A stretch of DNA of 64,000 nt. Origin: Candidatus Omnitrophota bacterium (lineage in GTDB: Bacteria > Omnitrophota > Gorgyraeia > 2-01-FULL-45-10). Both the position numbers and the translations under genes were made by a program. The stretch's first letter is position 1; the number at the start of each line of letters is the position of its first letter. Of this stretch, positions 24,979 to 34,902 are shown one piece after another. The DNA is taken from assembly GCA_023818895.1 (NCBI GenBank), contig JAMWCX010000003.1, positions 219,823 to 283,822 of the forward strand. Direction: 5' to 3'. Under the pieces are notes generated by a model that worked only from the letters and a program-made list of their open reading frames with translations, was not told where the DNA came from and ran no database searches.

Positions 24979-25999
24979 GCTCCATGTATATGTTTTCTTC
25001 GTCTATGTTTTTTAAAAGATTGATAAGGTAATCCGGGTTGAAACCTATTGAGATATCTTTACCCTTATACTGGGCCTCAAGCTCAACTCTTGCCTCCCCC
25101 ATATGGGGGTCGTTTTTAGAAAGTGTTATTTTGTCGCGTGAGACATCTATTTTTACAAACATCGAGTCATGGCTCGTAAAAAGCGCTGTCCTCTTTATCG
25201 CTGCCAATAGTGGCGCTCTTGCTACAACAATCTTTTCTTTGGCTTCTTCAGGTATAACCTTTTCGTAGTTTGGGAACTCTCCTTCGATCAGTCTTGAGAT
25301 AAGTTTTTTACTGCCTTTATCGAACGATACTTGTTTTTCAGCCAGAAACAACTTGATTTCCTCTTCGCTATCCGCAAGCATCCTGTCTAATTCGTCGACT
25401 GCTTTGGCTGGTAGGATGAACTTCGTTTCCGCTGTCTTTGGTAGCTGTATCTTGTCTTCTGTGACCGCAAGACATCTGCCGTCGGTTGCCGCCAACCTAA
25501 GGTAGGTAGGTTTTATTACAAAAAGTATGCCGTTCAACACATGGCGTATCTCATCATGTCCTATCGCGAAGCTTGTCCTGCGTAGCATAGTCTTTAGTTT
25601 GTTTTGTTTTAAGGTAATGTTGTTTTTGTCTTTGAATTCCGGCGGTTTTGAAAACTCCTCTTCTGGCAGGCCCATTATTTTAAATAGGCTTTTCCCGCAT
25701 TCTATGCTAACAAGATTATTTTTTTTCACAGACACGGATATCGTTTCGTTGTCTGGAAGCTCTTTTACTATTTCCAAGATCTTTTTTGCGGGTATTGTTA
25801 TCGCGCCGGTCATGATCGGTTTTATAGGGAGTATAGATACTATGCCGATATTGAAATCTGTGGCTGTTAACACAATGTTATCGTTTTTTGATTCGATTAA
25901 TATATGTGACAGAATTGGTTGAACGGCTTTTGGGTCTATAACTGTTTGAACTCCTTGAATTCCTTTTAATAAAACCTCTTTGGTGGAAGTAAATCTCAT
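24899..25999 (-). CDS. dnaN: DNA polymerase III beta sliding clamp
   Basis: 366 aa, three-domain clamp pattern, immediately downstream of dnaA. Confidence 0.9.
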   Translation of the reverse strand: MRFTSTKEVLLKGIQGVQTVIDPKAVQPILSHILIESKNDNIVLTATDFNIGIVSILPIKPIMTGAITIPAKKILEIVKELPDNETISVSVKKNNLVSIECGKSLFKIMGLPEEEFSKPPEFKDKNNITLKQNKLKTMLRRTSFAIGHDEIRHVLNGILFVIKPTYLRLAATDGRCLAVTEDKIQLPKTAETKFILPAKAVDELDRMLADSEEEIKLFLAEKQVSFDKGSKKLISRLIEGEFPNYEKVIPEEAKEKIVVARAPLLAAIKRTALFTSHDSMFVKIDVSRDKITLSKNDPHMGEARVELEAQYKGKDISIGFNPDYLINLLKNIDEENIYMELVDPAKPGVVRIGDEYVYVVMPRQPS

Positions 26000-26159
26000 T
26001 TTAAATCCTTTTCTTTTAATTTATTAGATTAGCCAGTAAAAGCATACGTAAAGGTTGTTGATAAGTTAGTAGTTTTTTAACCGAAACAAAATCAAATATT
26101 TACGGAAAAACAAATCCAAAACACAAAACAAAAAATATCCACAACACCAACAAAACGCC
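26000..26159. other. dnaA-dnaN intergenic AT-rich region with DnaA-box-like 9-mers (ATATCCACA 26135-26143; TGTTGATAA 26056-26064); possible second half of a bipartite oriC
   Basis: Two 8/9 matches to TTATCCACA (one in each orientation) and an A/T-rich CAAAACACAAAACAAAAAATAT run, seen directly in the sequence. Confidence 0.4.
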
Positions 26160-27545
26160 TCAATTTTTGATGCTTTCAATAACTTTATCAACAATTGCCT
26201 TTAGCCCCCTTTTGTTTTTCAGATCATTTTCTATTTTATCATAAGCGTGAATCACTGTTGTGTGGTCCCTACCACCAAACTGTTCGCCGATCTCTGGTAG
26301 CGAATAATCTGTGAGTTGCCTTGCCAAATACATCGCTATCTGGCGAGGATAAGCTATTGCTTTAGAGCGCTTCTTTGCCCTCATATCCGAAAGTTTTATA
26401 TCAAAATATTCACTCACTTTTTTCTGAATCAATTCTATAGTGACTTTTTTCTCCCCCTCTATGATCATATCCTTAAGAACTTCTTTTGCGAGTTCAACCG
26501 AAACATCCTTCCCAACAAGTTTGGCATATGCAACAACACGTATTAATGCACCCTCAAGCTCGCGTATATTGGTTCTTATCTTCTCAGCCAAGAAGTAAAA
26601 GACATCCTCAGGCAAAACTATAGTTTCTTTCTCGGATTTCTTCTTTAGTATCGCAATTCTCGTCTCAAAATCAGGCGGTTGTATATCAGTTACAAGCCCC
26701 CACTCAAACCTGGAAACAAGCCTTTCTTCCAACCTCTCTATCTCTTTAGGCGGCCTATCGCTTGAGACAACAATCTGTTTGTGGGCGTCATAGAGCGCAT
26801 TGAAGGTATGGAAGAATTCCTCCTGCGTGGCCTCCTTGCCAGCGATGAAGTGTATATCATCTATTAGAAGTATGTCGACGCTTCTGTATTTTTCCCTGAA
26901 TTTCAAGGTGGTCCGATTCTGGATGGCGCTTATCAGCTGATTAGTGAACTCTTCGCTTGAGATGTAAAGCACGCGGGCCTTCGGAGATTTTTGTAAGACC
27001 CGGTGTCCTATAGCGTGCATCAGGTGTGTCTTGCCGAGGCCGACGCCGCCGTATATAAAAAGAGGATTGTATGCCTTTGCCGGCGAATCCGAAACCGCAA
27101 GCGCGGCGGCATGCGCGAAGCGATTGGATGGCCCTATAACAAAATGGTCAAACGAGTATCTCTCTTGTAGTCCTATTTCCTTCGCTTGGTCCGAAACCGA
27201 TCGTGAAAAAGGCCAAATGCCACGACCCCCCTTCTCTTTTCTAGATGATGCTTCCTGGGCCGATTGCACACCACCGGCCTCCGCAAGCACAAAGTCTATT
27301 TTTAAATCTGAACCACAGGCCTGACGAATAGCGGCATTAAGCGGCTCCATGTAGTGATCCAAAAGCCATCCTCTAAAAAATTCATTAGGTACTTCAAGAA
27401 CGATCGCGTCGCTCTTTAGGGCCAGGCATTTTATCGGTTCGAACCATATATTGTAGGTTCGCTCGTTATCCAGATTCTTCTTAAGTATCTCTTTTGCGCG
27501 AACCCAAGAAGCGTTTCCAGAATCAGACATCAAGCACCCATTCAC
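26160..27545 (-). CDS. dnaA: chromosomal replication initiator DnaA (GTG at 27545, or more likely ATG at 27530)
   Basis: 461 aa, AAA+ Walker A GGVGLGKTHL, sensor and C-terminal DnaA-box-binding domain (…AYPRQIAMYLARQLT…). Confidence 0.95.
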   Translation of the reverse strand: MNGCLMSDSGNASWVRAKEILKKNLDNERTYNIWFEPIKCLALKSDAIVLEVPNEFFRGWLLDHYMEPLNAAIRQACGSDLKIDFVLAEAGGVQSAQEASSRKEKGGRGIWPFSRSVSDQAKEIGLQERYSFDHFVIGPSNRFAHAAALAVSDSPAKAYNPLFIYGGVGLGKTHLMHAIGHRVLQKSPKARVLYISSEEFTNQLISAIQNRTTLKFREKYRSVDILLIDDIHFIAGKEATQEEFFHTFNALYDAHKQIVVSSDRPPKEIERLEERLVSRFEWGLVTDIQPPDFETRIAILKKKSEKETIVLPEDVFYFLAEKIRTNIRELEGALIRVVAYAKLVGKDVSVELAKEVLKDMIIEGEKKVTIELIQKKVSEYFDIKLSDMRAKKRSKAIAYPRQIAMYLARQLTDYSLPEIGEQFGGRDHTTVIHAYDKIENDLKNKRGLKAIVDKVIESIKN

Positions 27546-27911
27546 TTATCCACAATAGTTCGGAGCAAATTCAAGGGAAATTCGGAGGTTATTCACAAGT
27601 TGTTCACAAGCCAAAATTGCCAAAATAGACGATATCACGCGCTATTATATTAAAATATGCTTTAGATTGCAAGAGAAAACATCCCTTGTAACAAAAAAGA
27701 AGGGTTTGATTTTGTCGCACAATAGAATTGCGTAAAAAGGTTATATAACAAAAGGCCTCCAAAGAGGTTAGTGAAAGGTAGTCAAAGACCTTAATCAAAA
27801 GGCGCAGCGATATTATTGTTGTAGATAAAAATTATACTAGACCGGGTAAATAATATTGACTCAACCTTTCTTTATGTTATAATCTACAACGCGAATTTTT
27901 AAAGGAGCGTT
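27546..27911. other. oriC / divergent dnaA-rpmH control region: DnaA boxes TTATCCACA (27546-27554), TTATTCACA (27589-27597), TTGTTCACA (27600-27608), TGTAGATAA (27820-27828) and an AT-rich putative DUE (~27640-27900)
   Basis: One perfect consensus DnaA box plus three 7-8/9 boxes within 366 nt between dnaA and rpmH. The window shows a complete gene-strand switch at this locus, and the surrounding gene order is the canonical one for an origin. Confidence 0.7.
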
Positions 27912-28049
27912 ATGAAATATACACTAAAACCCGGATCAAACATTAAGCGGAAGCGCACGCACGGTTTCCGAAAAAGGATGAAAAGCCGCTGGGGGCGCCA
28001 GGTTCTTTCAAGGCGCAGAAAAAAGGGCCGTCATAAACTGACTGTGTAA
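27912..28049 (+). CDS. rpmH: 50S ribosomal protein L34
   Basis: 45 aa [45 protein letters not shown], a textbook L34; too short for the ORF track. Confidence 0.85.
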   Translation: MKYTLKPGSNIKRKRTHGFRKRMKSRWGRQVLSRRRKKGRHKLTV

Positions 28050-28114
28050 TTGCCGTCGGCATATCAGAAAGGCCGCGCCCGGCAAAAGAGGCGCGGAAGG
28101 AAAGGTCTGGCAGG

Positions 28115-28474
28115 ATGATCTCCGACGGAGATTTCCGCAAAAAAGAGCGCATACTCAAGACGAGAGACTTTAGGATAGCGTATAAGAAAGGACGGTCTTT
28201 AAGAAAAGATGGACTTGTCCTTTATTTTCTTGCCAACGGTCTTAGTTATAATCGGGTGGGATTTTCAATAAGTTCCTCCACCGTAAAGTTAGCAACACTT
28301 CGTAACCGCATCCGGAGACTTTTCCGGGAAGTATATCGCAGAAAAAAAACCTCGATGAAGACCGCCTTTGATATTATATTAATAGTGAGAAAAAACCCAG
28401 GCAAGGCCACCTCATATAAATGGGCCGAAGAGACCTTTTCAGCGCTGCTGAAGCAAGCGGGGATAATGTTGTGA
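28115..28474 (+). CDS. rnpA: ribonuclease P protein component
   Basis: 119 aa, basic, RNR-motif region (…LRNRIRRLFRE…); classic rpmH-rnpA pair. Confidence 0.85.
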   Translation: MISDGDFRKKERILKTRDFRIAYKKGRSLRKDGLVLYFLANGLSYNRVGFSISSSTVKLATLRNRIRRLFREVYRRKKTSMKTAFDIILIVRKNPGKATSYKWAEETFSALLKQAGIML

Positions 28475-28677
28475 GAAAGGTCATTATTGAGGCAATAAAA
28501 TTTTATCGTAACTATTTGTCGTGTATGAATATACAATGTTGTAGATTTTATCCTTCCTGCTCAGAATATGCCATCGAAGCACTTCAAAAATATGGGGTTG
28601 TGAAAGGGTTATTTAAATCTATCGGCCGGATAACACGCTGCCATCCTTTTTGCAAAGGCGGCTATGATCCGGCCTGA
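28471..28677 (+). CDS. yidD: membrane protein insertion efficiency factor YidD (GTG start overlapping rnpA stop)
   Basis: 68 aa from GTG 28471: VRKVIIEAIKFYRNYLS…RFYPSCSEYAIEALQKYG…RCHPF, the canonical YidD motifs. Confidence 0.8.
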   Translation: MRKVIIEAIKFYRNYLSCMNIQCCRFYPSCSEYAIEALQKYGVVKGLFKSIGRITRCHPFCKGGYDPA

Positions 28678-28686
28678 CAGGACGAT

Positions 28687-30279
28687 ATGGAGAAAAGACT
28701 TATTCTAGCAATAGCGTTATCGATCTTCATAATAATGTCATTTCAGATAATGGCGCCGAAAGGCCCCCATTCCCCGTCGGTTACGGTTGTGACGAAAGAA
28801 GCACCGCCGACAGTTTTGCCGAAGGATACAATTATCAGCGCACCGTCGGCGGCAGAAGTAGCTATACAGGAGAAAGAGCTAAAGGTGGATACCGATCGTT
28901 ATATCTTAACCTTCAGCAATATGGGTGGCGCGATAAAAAATATATGGTTAAAGGAATATAAGGACATCCACACTGGAGGGCCTCTTTGGCTCGCCGACAT
29001 ACGAAATCCAAAAGAATATATATTCACTATATCAAGTGCCGATATCCCGGGTATTGACATAGCCGCCTATTCTCTAACAAGATCCGACAATACGATTACG
29101 TATTTTCTTTCCACTAAAGATTTTGAAATATCCAAGCGATATACATTACATAACTCCAAATATGGCATAGAGTTAGAAGTGTCGATAAGAAATATCTCCG
29201 ATTCGCCGCGGTCTTTCAATTATAATATAATCGGTGGGGCCGGAATAAATGAGACTAAACACGAAGACAAACGGTTCTTAGAAGTCACCTCGGTAGTGGA
29301 TGGGAAATACATCGGATTCAAAAGACCGAAGGATAAAAGGATAACAAATCTCGGCATTGTTGCATGGACAGCCCTGAAGAGCAAGTATTTTTCATTAATT
29401 CTCAAGCCTCTATTCACAACGAGAGGCCAGTTTTACAAAGAAGACAACACCGGCCTATTGACCATGGGAGTAGATGTCGGTGAAACGGTTATACAACCAA
29501 AATCCGTTTTAATTAATAAATATCTTCTATATGCGGGACCAAGCCATATACCAGCCTTAAAAGAATTCGGATACGGTTTAGAGTCGACGGTAAGCTATGG
29601 ATTCTTCGGCGGCATAAGCAAGGTAATGATATCGGTGATGAGATTTTTCCATTCGATAGTACAAAGCTGGGGACTATCGATAATACTACTATCCGTGTTT
29701 CTTAATTTTATTCTATTTCCTTTGACAATGAAGAGTTTCAGATCGATGCAAAAGATGCAGGAACTACATCCAGAAATGGAGAGATTGAAAAAGCAATATA
29801 AAGATAACCCACAAAAGCTGAATAAGGAGATAATGGATTTATACAGAAAGTACAACATCAATCCATTTAGTGGCTGTCTCCCCATTCTTCTGCAGATGCC
29901 GATATTCATAGCACTCTACTCAGCGCTAATGAGATCTATAGAACTTCGTAACGCCAGTTTTTTATGGATAAGAGACCTATCTGCTCCGGACGCTGTGAAA
30001 CTACCATTTGCGCTTCCTATAATCGGTAACAACATTAATATTCTCCCATTGGTAATGGTTCTGGCGATGGCGTTACAACAGAAGATCTCCACCAAATCTA
30101 TGGGCGGAGCAGTTACTGTTGAACAAAAAGAACAGCAAAGACTTATGATGATAATGATGCCTATCGTATTTGGGTTTGTATTTTATAATATGCCGTCAGG
30201 TCTAGTGTTATATTGGTTGGTCAATACGGCACTGACAATATTTGAGCAAGGGGTGATATTGAAAAAATCAACGACATAA
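28687..30279 (+). CDS. yidC: membrane protein insertase YidC
   Basis: 530 aa, N-terminal TM plus periplasmic domain, C-terminal five-TM Oxa1 core (…MQELHPEMERLKKQYKDNPQKLNKEIMDLYRKYNINP…). Confidence 0.9.
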   Translation: MEKRLILAIALSIFIIMSFQIMAPKGPHSPSVTVVTKEAPPTVLPKDTIISAPSAAEVAIQEKELKVDTDRYILTFSNMGGAIKNIWLKEYKDIHTGGPLWLADIRNPKEYIFTISSADIPGIDIAAYSLTRSDNTITYFLSTKDFEISKRYTLHNSKYGIELEVSIRNISDSPRSFNYNIIGGAGINETKHEDKRFLEVTSVVDGKYIGFKRPKDKRITNLGIVAWTALKSKYFSLILKPLFTTRGQFYKEDNTGLLTMGVDVGETVIQPKSVLINKYLLYAGPSHIPALKEFGYGLESTVSYGFFGGISKVMISVMRFFHSIVQSWGLSIILLSVFLNFILFPLTMKSFRSMQKMQELHPEMERLKKQYKDNPQKLNKEIMDLYRKYNINPFSGCLPILLQMPIFIALYSALMRSIELRNASFLWIRDLSAPDAVKLPFALPIIGNNINILPLVMVLAMALQQKISTKSMGGAVTVEQKEQQRLMMIMMPIVFGFVFYNMPSGLVLYWLVNTALTIFEQGVILKKSTT

Positions 30280-30364
30280 ACTTGACTTTTTGTTGAAAGT
30301 AGTGTAATCTTTTATCAAAATAATCAAAAGAATTTTCAGTGTTTCACGGGGAACATTTTTTATA

Positions 30365-31213
30365 ATGTCTAAAGTAATAGCTATATGCAACCAAAAAGGT
30401 GGCGTAGGCAAGACGACAACCGCTATTAACCTCGCGACATTTCTCGCATTCTCTGGTAAAAAGACGCTACTCGTAGATATTGACCCTCAGGGTAATGCCA
30501 CAAGCGGCCTCGGAATCAATAAGCACAATATTAAGACGAGCGTATACGATCTTCTTATTGAAGAAATCGATCCAAAGTCCATCTTTGTGACCAGCGGAAT
30601 AGATAATTTTATTCTGTTGCCATCAACACTTAGTCTTACTGGGGCTGAAGTTGAACTTGTTGGAGTGATGGGGCGCGAGTATCGACTTAAGAAAGCGCTA
30701 GCGGCTATTGCCGAAGACTTCGATTACATATTTATTGATTGTCCTCCATCATTAGGCCTTCTCACGATTAACGCACTTGCAGCAGCACATTCAGTATTGA
30801 TACCAATTCAATGTGAGTATTATGCTCTAGAAGGCTTGAGTCAGCTAATTAAAACTATAAATCTCGTCAAAGAAAATATAAATAACAGCCTTACCATAGA
30901 GGGTGTTTTGCTTACAATGGCAGATTATAGGACAAAATTGACTAACGAAGTGATAAATGAAGTAAGAAATTTTGTAAAAGGAAAAGTTTACAATACGGTT
31001 ATACCAAGAAATATTAAGCTTACTGAGGCGCCAGGTTTTGGTAAGCCTATCGCACTTTATGATAGGAATTCTATTGGATCACAAAAGTATCAAGAATTTG
31101 CAAATGAGTTATTAGGGGTTAAAAAAGAAACACAGCTTAACAGCATATCAGAAAATCATAACATCAATATTAATAATCAGTTAGAGAAAGTCGGAGACTT
31201 GGAGGTTAAATGA
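30365..31213 (+). CDS. parA: chromosome partitioning ATPase ParA/Soj
   Basis: 282 aa, deviant Walker A KGGVGKTT. Confidence 0.85.
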   Translation: MSKVIAICNQKGGVGKTTTAINLATFLAFSGKKTLLVDIDPQGNATSGLGINKHNIKTSVYDLLIEEIDPKSIFVTSGIDNFILLPSTLSLTGAEVELVGVMGREYRLKKALAAIAEDFDYIFIDCPPSLGLLTINALAAAHSVLIPIQCEYYALEGLSQLIKTINLVKENINNSLTIEGVLLTMADYRTKLTNEVINEVRNFVKGKVYNTVIPRNIKLTEAPGFGKPIALYDRNSIGSQKYQEFANELLGVKKETQLNSISENHNININNQLEKVGDLEVK

Positions 31214-32070
31214 TGGAAAAGCGAGCCTTAGGAAGAGGATTGGAAGCTTTACTTACACCAAAGGCGGTTGAAACAGCAACAGCGGTATCGACAAACACAC
31301 AGGAACAGGTGTTGCAGATCCCATTGTCGCAGATAAAGATGAATAAATACCAGCCGCGGATAGCGTTTAACAGAGAAAAGCTCAACGAGCTCATTAATTC
31401 GATAAAGGAAAAGGGGGTTGTACAACCAGTTCTTGTTAGAAAGATACCAGATGGATATGAGTTGATAGCAGGAGAAAGACGACTGCGCGCTGTAAAGGAA
31501 TTGGGGCTCGATAAGATACCGGCGATAGTGAAGAACGTTTCCGACATTGACATGTTGGAAATATCGCTGATAGAGAATATACAAAGGGAAGAGCTCAACC
31601 CTATAGAAGAGGCTCACGCCTTCCAGAGGTTCGTGACCGAATTTAATTACACACAAGAGGATATAGCAAAAGTTCTATCAAAGGACCGATCAACAATAGC
31701 GAACACAATAAGACTTCTGGCCCTTCCCAAAAAAATACAGGATTTTATCGCCTCCAACACGATAACCGCTGGGCATGCCAAGGCGCTTCTCGGCCTTCCA
31801 TCTGAGATGGAGCAGCTCAGGGTGTGCAATCTTATAATAAAGAAAGGGCTTTCCGTACGAGAAACAGAGTCTATCGTTTCCAGGCGCTCCTTCGGGGAGC
31901 GCAAAAGCCCTCCACGTAAGGATCAGAATATAAGTGAGATAGAATCAAGCCTACAGCAGTTATTCGGAACGCGAGTGAGAATCATCCATGGCAAAAAGAG
32001 GGGGAAGATACAGATTGAATATTACTCACTCGAGGACATGAACCGCATCCTTGACCTACTCAAACGCTAA
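31210..32070 (+). CDS. parB: chromosome partitioning protein ParB/Spo0J
   Basis: 286 aa, ParB box GERRLRA, HTH; 4-nt overlap with parA. Confidence 0.85.
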   Translation: MMEKRALGRGLEALLTPKAVETATAVSTNTQEQVLQIPLSQIKMNKYQPRIAFNREKLNELINSIKEKGVVQPVLVRKIPDGYELIAGERRLRAVKELGLDKIPAIVKNVSDIDMLEISLIENIQREELNPIEEAHAFQRFVTEFNYTQEDIAKVLSKDRSTIANTIRLLALPKKIQDFIASNTITAGHAKALLGLPSEMEQLRVCNLIIKKGLSVRETESIVSRRSFGERKSPPRKDQNISEIESSLQQLFGTRVRIIHGKKRGKIQIEYYSLEDMNRILDLLKR

Positions 32071-32184
32071 AAAGTCTTGACGAGCGCCCGCCTTATTTAT
32101 TAAAATATCATAATACTATCCATAAATCTAAAATGGGATAGTGTAATTATTTTATCAATACTGCTTAATATTAAGGGGTTAGGC

Positions 32185-32682
32185 ATGATTCAGCAAACAC
32201 TTGTTTTAATCAAGCCGGATGGGTTGAAAAAATCGCTCACAGGAAACGTCCTGACGCGGCTTTCCGAGACAAAACTTGATATAGTGGCCGCGAAAATAGT
32301 CCGCGTATCCCGAGAGTTGGCCGAGGAGCATTACAAGCAGCTCAAGGACAAGCCATTTTTTGAAGAGCTTCTTAAATATATCATGGGAGAATATCATAAA
32401 AAGAAGGTTATGGCACTTGTATATTGGGGTGAAAACGCGATTGATAAAGTAAGACAGATATGCGGAGCTACGAATCCCGAAGAGGCCGATCCCGTCTCTA
32501 TACGTGGGGCGTACGGCAGAATAACAACTAAGGGGGTATACGAAAACGTCATACATGCGTCTACGAATGAGGCCGAAGCGGAGCGGGAAATAAAACTATG
32601 GTTTCAGCCGGATGAGATAATAGTCGACCTTTATCCTACCAAGACAGTGAAAAAAAGCATAGAGGTAAGGGTCTGGGCATGA
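32185..32682 (+). CDS. ndk: nucleoside diphosphate kinase
   Basis: 165 aa, TLVLIKPDG…NVIHAS active-site His region. Confidence 0.85.
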   Translation: MIQQTLVLIKPDGLKKSLTGNVLTRLSETKLDIVAAKIVRVSRELAEEHYKQLKDKPFFEELLKYIMGEYHKKKVMALVYWGENAIDKVRQICGATNPEEADPVSIRGAYGRITTKGVYENVIHASTNEAEAEREIKLWFQPDEIIVDLYPTKTVKKSIEVRVWA

Positions 32683-32694
32683 AGGGAGGTTGAG

Positions 32695-33573
32695 GTGGTA
32701 AGGTCCATGACTGGATTCGGCCGGGCTGAGGTCAGGTTCGGAAACGGTAAGATAACCGTGGAGATAAAGACCGTAAACCACAAGTTTTTCGACGCCACCC
32801 TTAAGTTGCCCAATGGCATAATGGCATTTGAGGACAAGATAAAAGAAGTGCTGCAAAAAAATATCCTCCGTGGCAAAGTGAATCTGAGTCTGACATATGA
32901 CGGAAAGCCAATAAAACAGGAGAGGATCAGCGTAAACAGGGATATCGCGAAAAATTATTACAAAGAGTTTAGTAGGATGAGAAAAGCCCTGGGGCTTAAG
33001 GATGATGTCACAATTACCTCCCTAATAACCCTCCCAGGTGTTCTTAACTATGAATCTGGGGCAGGGCGCATATCGCGGATGTGGCCGAAACTTAAAGAGG
33101 CTATCGAAAAAGCTGTCGAACGCCTTATCGCTGACAGAGAAAAGGAAGGCAGGCACCTCTACAACGATCTGATGTCAAGAGCTCGCCATATCGAGACGAT
33201 GCTTTCGCGTATAAAGGCAAGGTCCCATCTGAACATAGAGGAATACCGTAGCAAGTTTGCTGATAGGATAAAAGCCCTCACCGGCGGCCGGGATATTGAC
33301 ACGGGTAGGCTCGAGATGGAGGTCGCGATATTCGCGAAGAACAGCGATATCTCAGAAGAGATAACAAGACTTAAGAATCATCTGGCGAATTTCAAAAAGA
33401 CGATGTCGTCCGATGGCGATGTTGGCAAGAAGATTGACTTCATAGCGCAAGAACTGCACAGGGAAATAAATACGATAGGCTCGAAAGCCTGCGATTTCAA
33501 TATCTCGAAGAACGTCATTGAGATAAAGAGCGAAATAGAGAAGATACGCGAACAGGCGAAAAACCTGGAATGA
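32695..33573 (+). CDS. yicC: YicC-family stress-induced protein (endoribonuclease-like)
   Basis: 292 aa, N-terminal MVRSMTGFGRAE and C-terminal DUF1732 region. Confidence 0.75.
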   Translation: MVRSMTGFGRAEVRFGNGKITVEIKTVNHKFFDATLKLPNGIMAFEDKIKEVLQKNILRGKVNLSLTYDGKPIKQERISVNRDIAKNYYKEFSRMRKALGLKDDVTITSLITLPGVLNYESGAGRISRMWPKLKEAIEKAVERLIADREKEGRHLYNDLMSRARHIETMLSRIKARSHLNIEEYRSKFADRIKALTGGRDIDTGRLEMEVAIFAKNSDISEEITRLKNHLANFKKTMSSDGDVGKKIDFIAQELHREINTIGSKACDFNISKNVIEIKSEIEKIREQAKNLE

Positions 33574-34163
33574 TGGCGAAGCTCAAAAATGGCAGAGCGA
33601 AACTTTTTGTTATATCCGCGCCGTCGGGGACAGGTAAGACGACGCTTTGTAACAAGTTGCTAAGAGACGGATTGGGGCTGGTAAATTCGGTCTCAATGAC
33701 CACCCGCAAGCCAAGGCCGGGCGAGAAAGAAGGGGTTGATTATTATTTCGTAACGAGGAAGCGCTTCGAGGATATGATATCTAAAAAGGGCTTTCTCGAA
33801 TATGAGGAGAATTTCGGGAACCTATACGGCACACCCAGAGATTTCGTCGAGAAAAACCTAAAAAAAGGCAGGAATGTTCTTCTCTCGATAGATGTCAAAG
33901 GCGCGATGAAAGTGAGGCGCGCATATCCGGCCAGAAGCGTCCTGATATTTATACTGCCTCCGTCGGCGCGTGTTCTAAAAACTAGGCTACATCTGAGGCG
34001 TTCGGACTCGCCCGAGGAAGTGGCGCGAAGGCTCGCTCTGGCGAAAAAAGAGCTGTCCTATAAGGATAAATATGATTACCGAATCGTCAACAACAGGCTT
34101 GACGCATCTTACAGGAGATTGAGGAAGATCGTGGAAAAGGAATTGGAGGATTGTGAGCGATGA
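33570..34163 (+). CDS. gmk: guanylate kinase
   Basis: 197 aa, P-loop SAPSGTGKTT, typical yicC-gmk-rpoZ arrangement. Confidence 0.9.
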   Translation: MMAKLKNGRAKLFVISAPSGTGKTTLCNKLLRDGLGLVNSVSMTTRKPRPGEKEGVDYYFVTRKRFEDMISKKGFLEYEENFGNLYGTPRDFVEKNLKKGRNVLLSIDVKGAMKVRRAYPARSVLIFILPPSARVLKTRLHLRRSDSPEEVARRLALAKKELSYKDKYDYRIVNNRLDASYRRLRKIVEKELEDCER

Positions 34164-34360
34164 ACGTGGATATAGCGGACCTTTTGAATAAGACAGGAAG
34201 CGTCTACAAGCTTGTCATTCTAGCTTCCAGACGGGCGATAGAGTTAAGCGAGGGGGCAGCCAAGCTTGTTGACGCACCACCGGAGGCCAAAGTGACAAAC
34301 GTGGCCATACAGGAGATTGCCGAAGGCAAGATATCGTACAAAGTCAAGGAAGCTAAATGA
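34160..34360 (+). CDS. rpoZ: DNA-directed RNA polymerase subunit omega
   Basis: 66 aa, …YKLVILASRRAIEL… omega signature; follows gmk. Confidence 0.8.
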   Translation: MNVDIADLLNKTGSVYKLVILASRRAIELSEGAAKLVDAPPEAKVTNVAIQEIAEGKISYKVKEAK

Positions 34361-34902
34361 CACAACCCTCAAAAACCGTCCTTTTGGGAATCACAGGAAG
34401 CATAGCCGCCTACCGCGCATGTGATATAGCAAGCGCGCTGAAAAAAAGCTCGCTTGACGTCCAGGTGGTTATGACAAAAGAGGCACTTGAATTTATAACA
34501 CCGCTTACCCTTCAGACCATCTCGCAGAACAAAGTCGTCAGCGATATGTTTGCTTTGCCGGAAAAATGGGAGGTTATCCACACCTCTCTTGCGGACAGGG
34601 CGGATATTGTCCTGATAGCTCCTGCCACCGCTAATATAATAGGCAAGCTTGCAAGTGGTGTTTGCGATGACATACTAAGTTCAGTGGTATTTGCCACAAC
34701 AGCGCCCGTGGTGATAGCACCGGCCATGAATGAGAAGATGTACAAACATCCAGTCACTCAGAGGAATATCGATACTCTAAAAAAGATAGGTTATCATTTT
34801 ATAGGTCCCATAAAAGGGCGCCTTGCCTGCGGCCACGAGGATATCGGTCATATAGCGGATACGGCCGAAATAGTGAAAGAAGTAAAAAGGCTTCTTAAGT
34901 GA
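34357..34902 (+). CDS. coaC: phosphopantothenoylcysteine decarboxylase (flavoprotein, CoaC half of Dfp)
   Basis: 181 aa, GITGSIAAY flavin-binding start, PAMN…M motif. Confidence 0.8.
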   Translation: MTQPSKTVLLGITGSIAAYRACDIASALKKSSLDVQVVMTKEALEFITPLTLQTISQNKVVSDMFALPEKWEVIHTSLADRADIVLIAPATANIIGKLASGVCDDILSSVVFATTAPVVIAPAMNEKMYKHPVTQRNIDTLKKIGYHFIGPIKGRLACGHEDIGHIADTAEIVKEVKRLLK

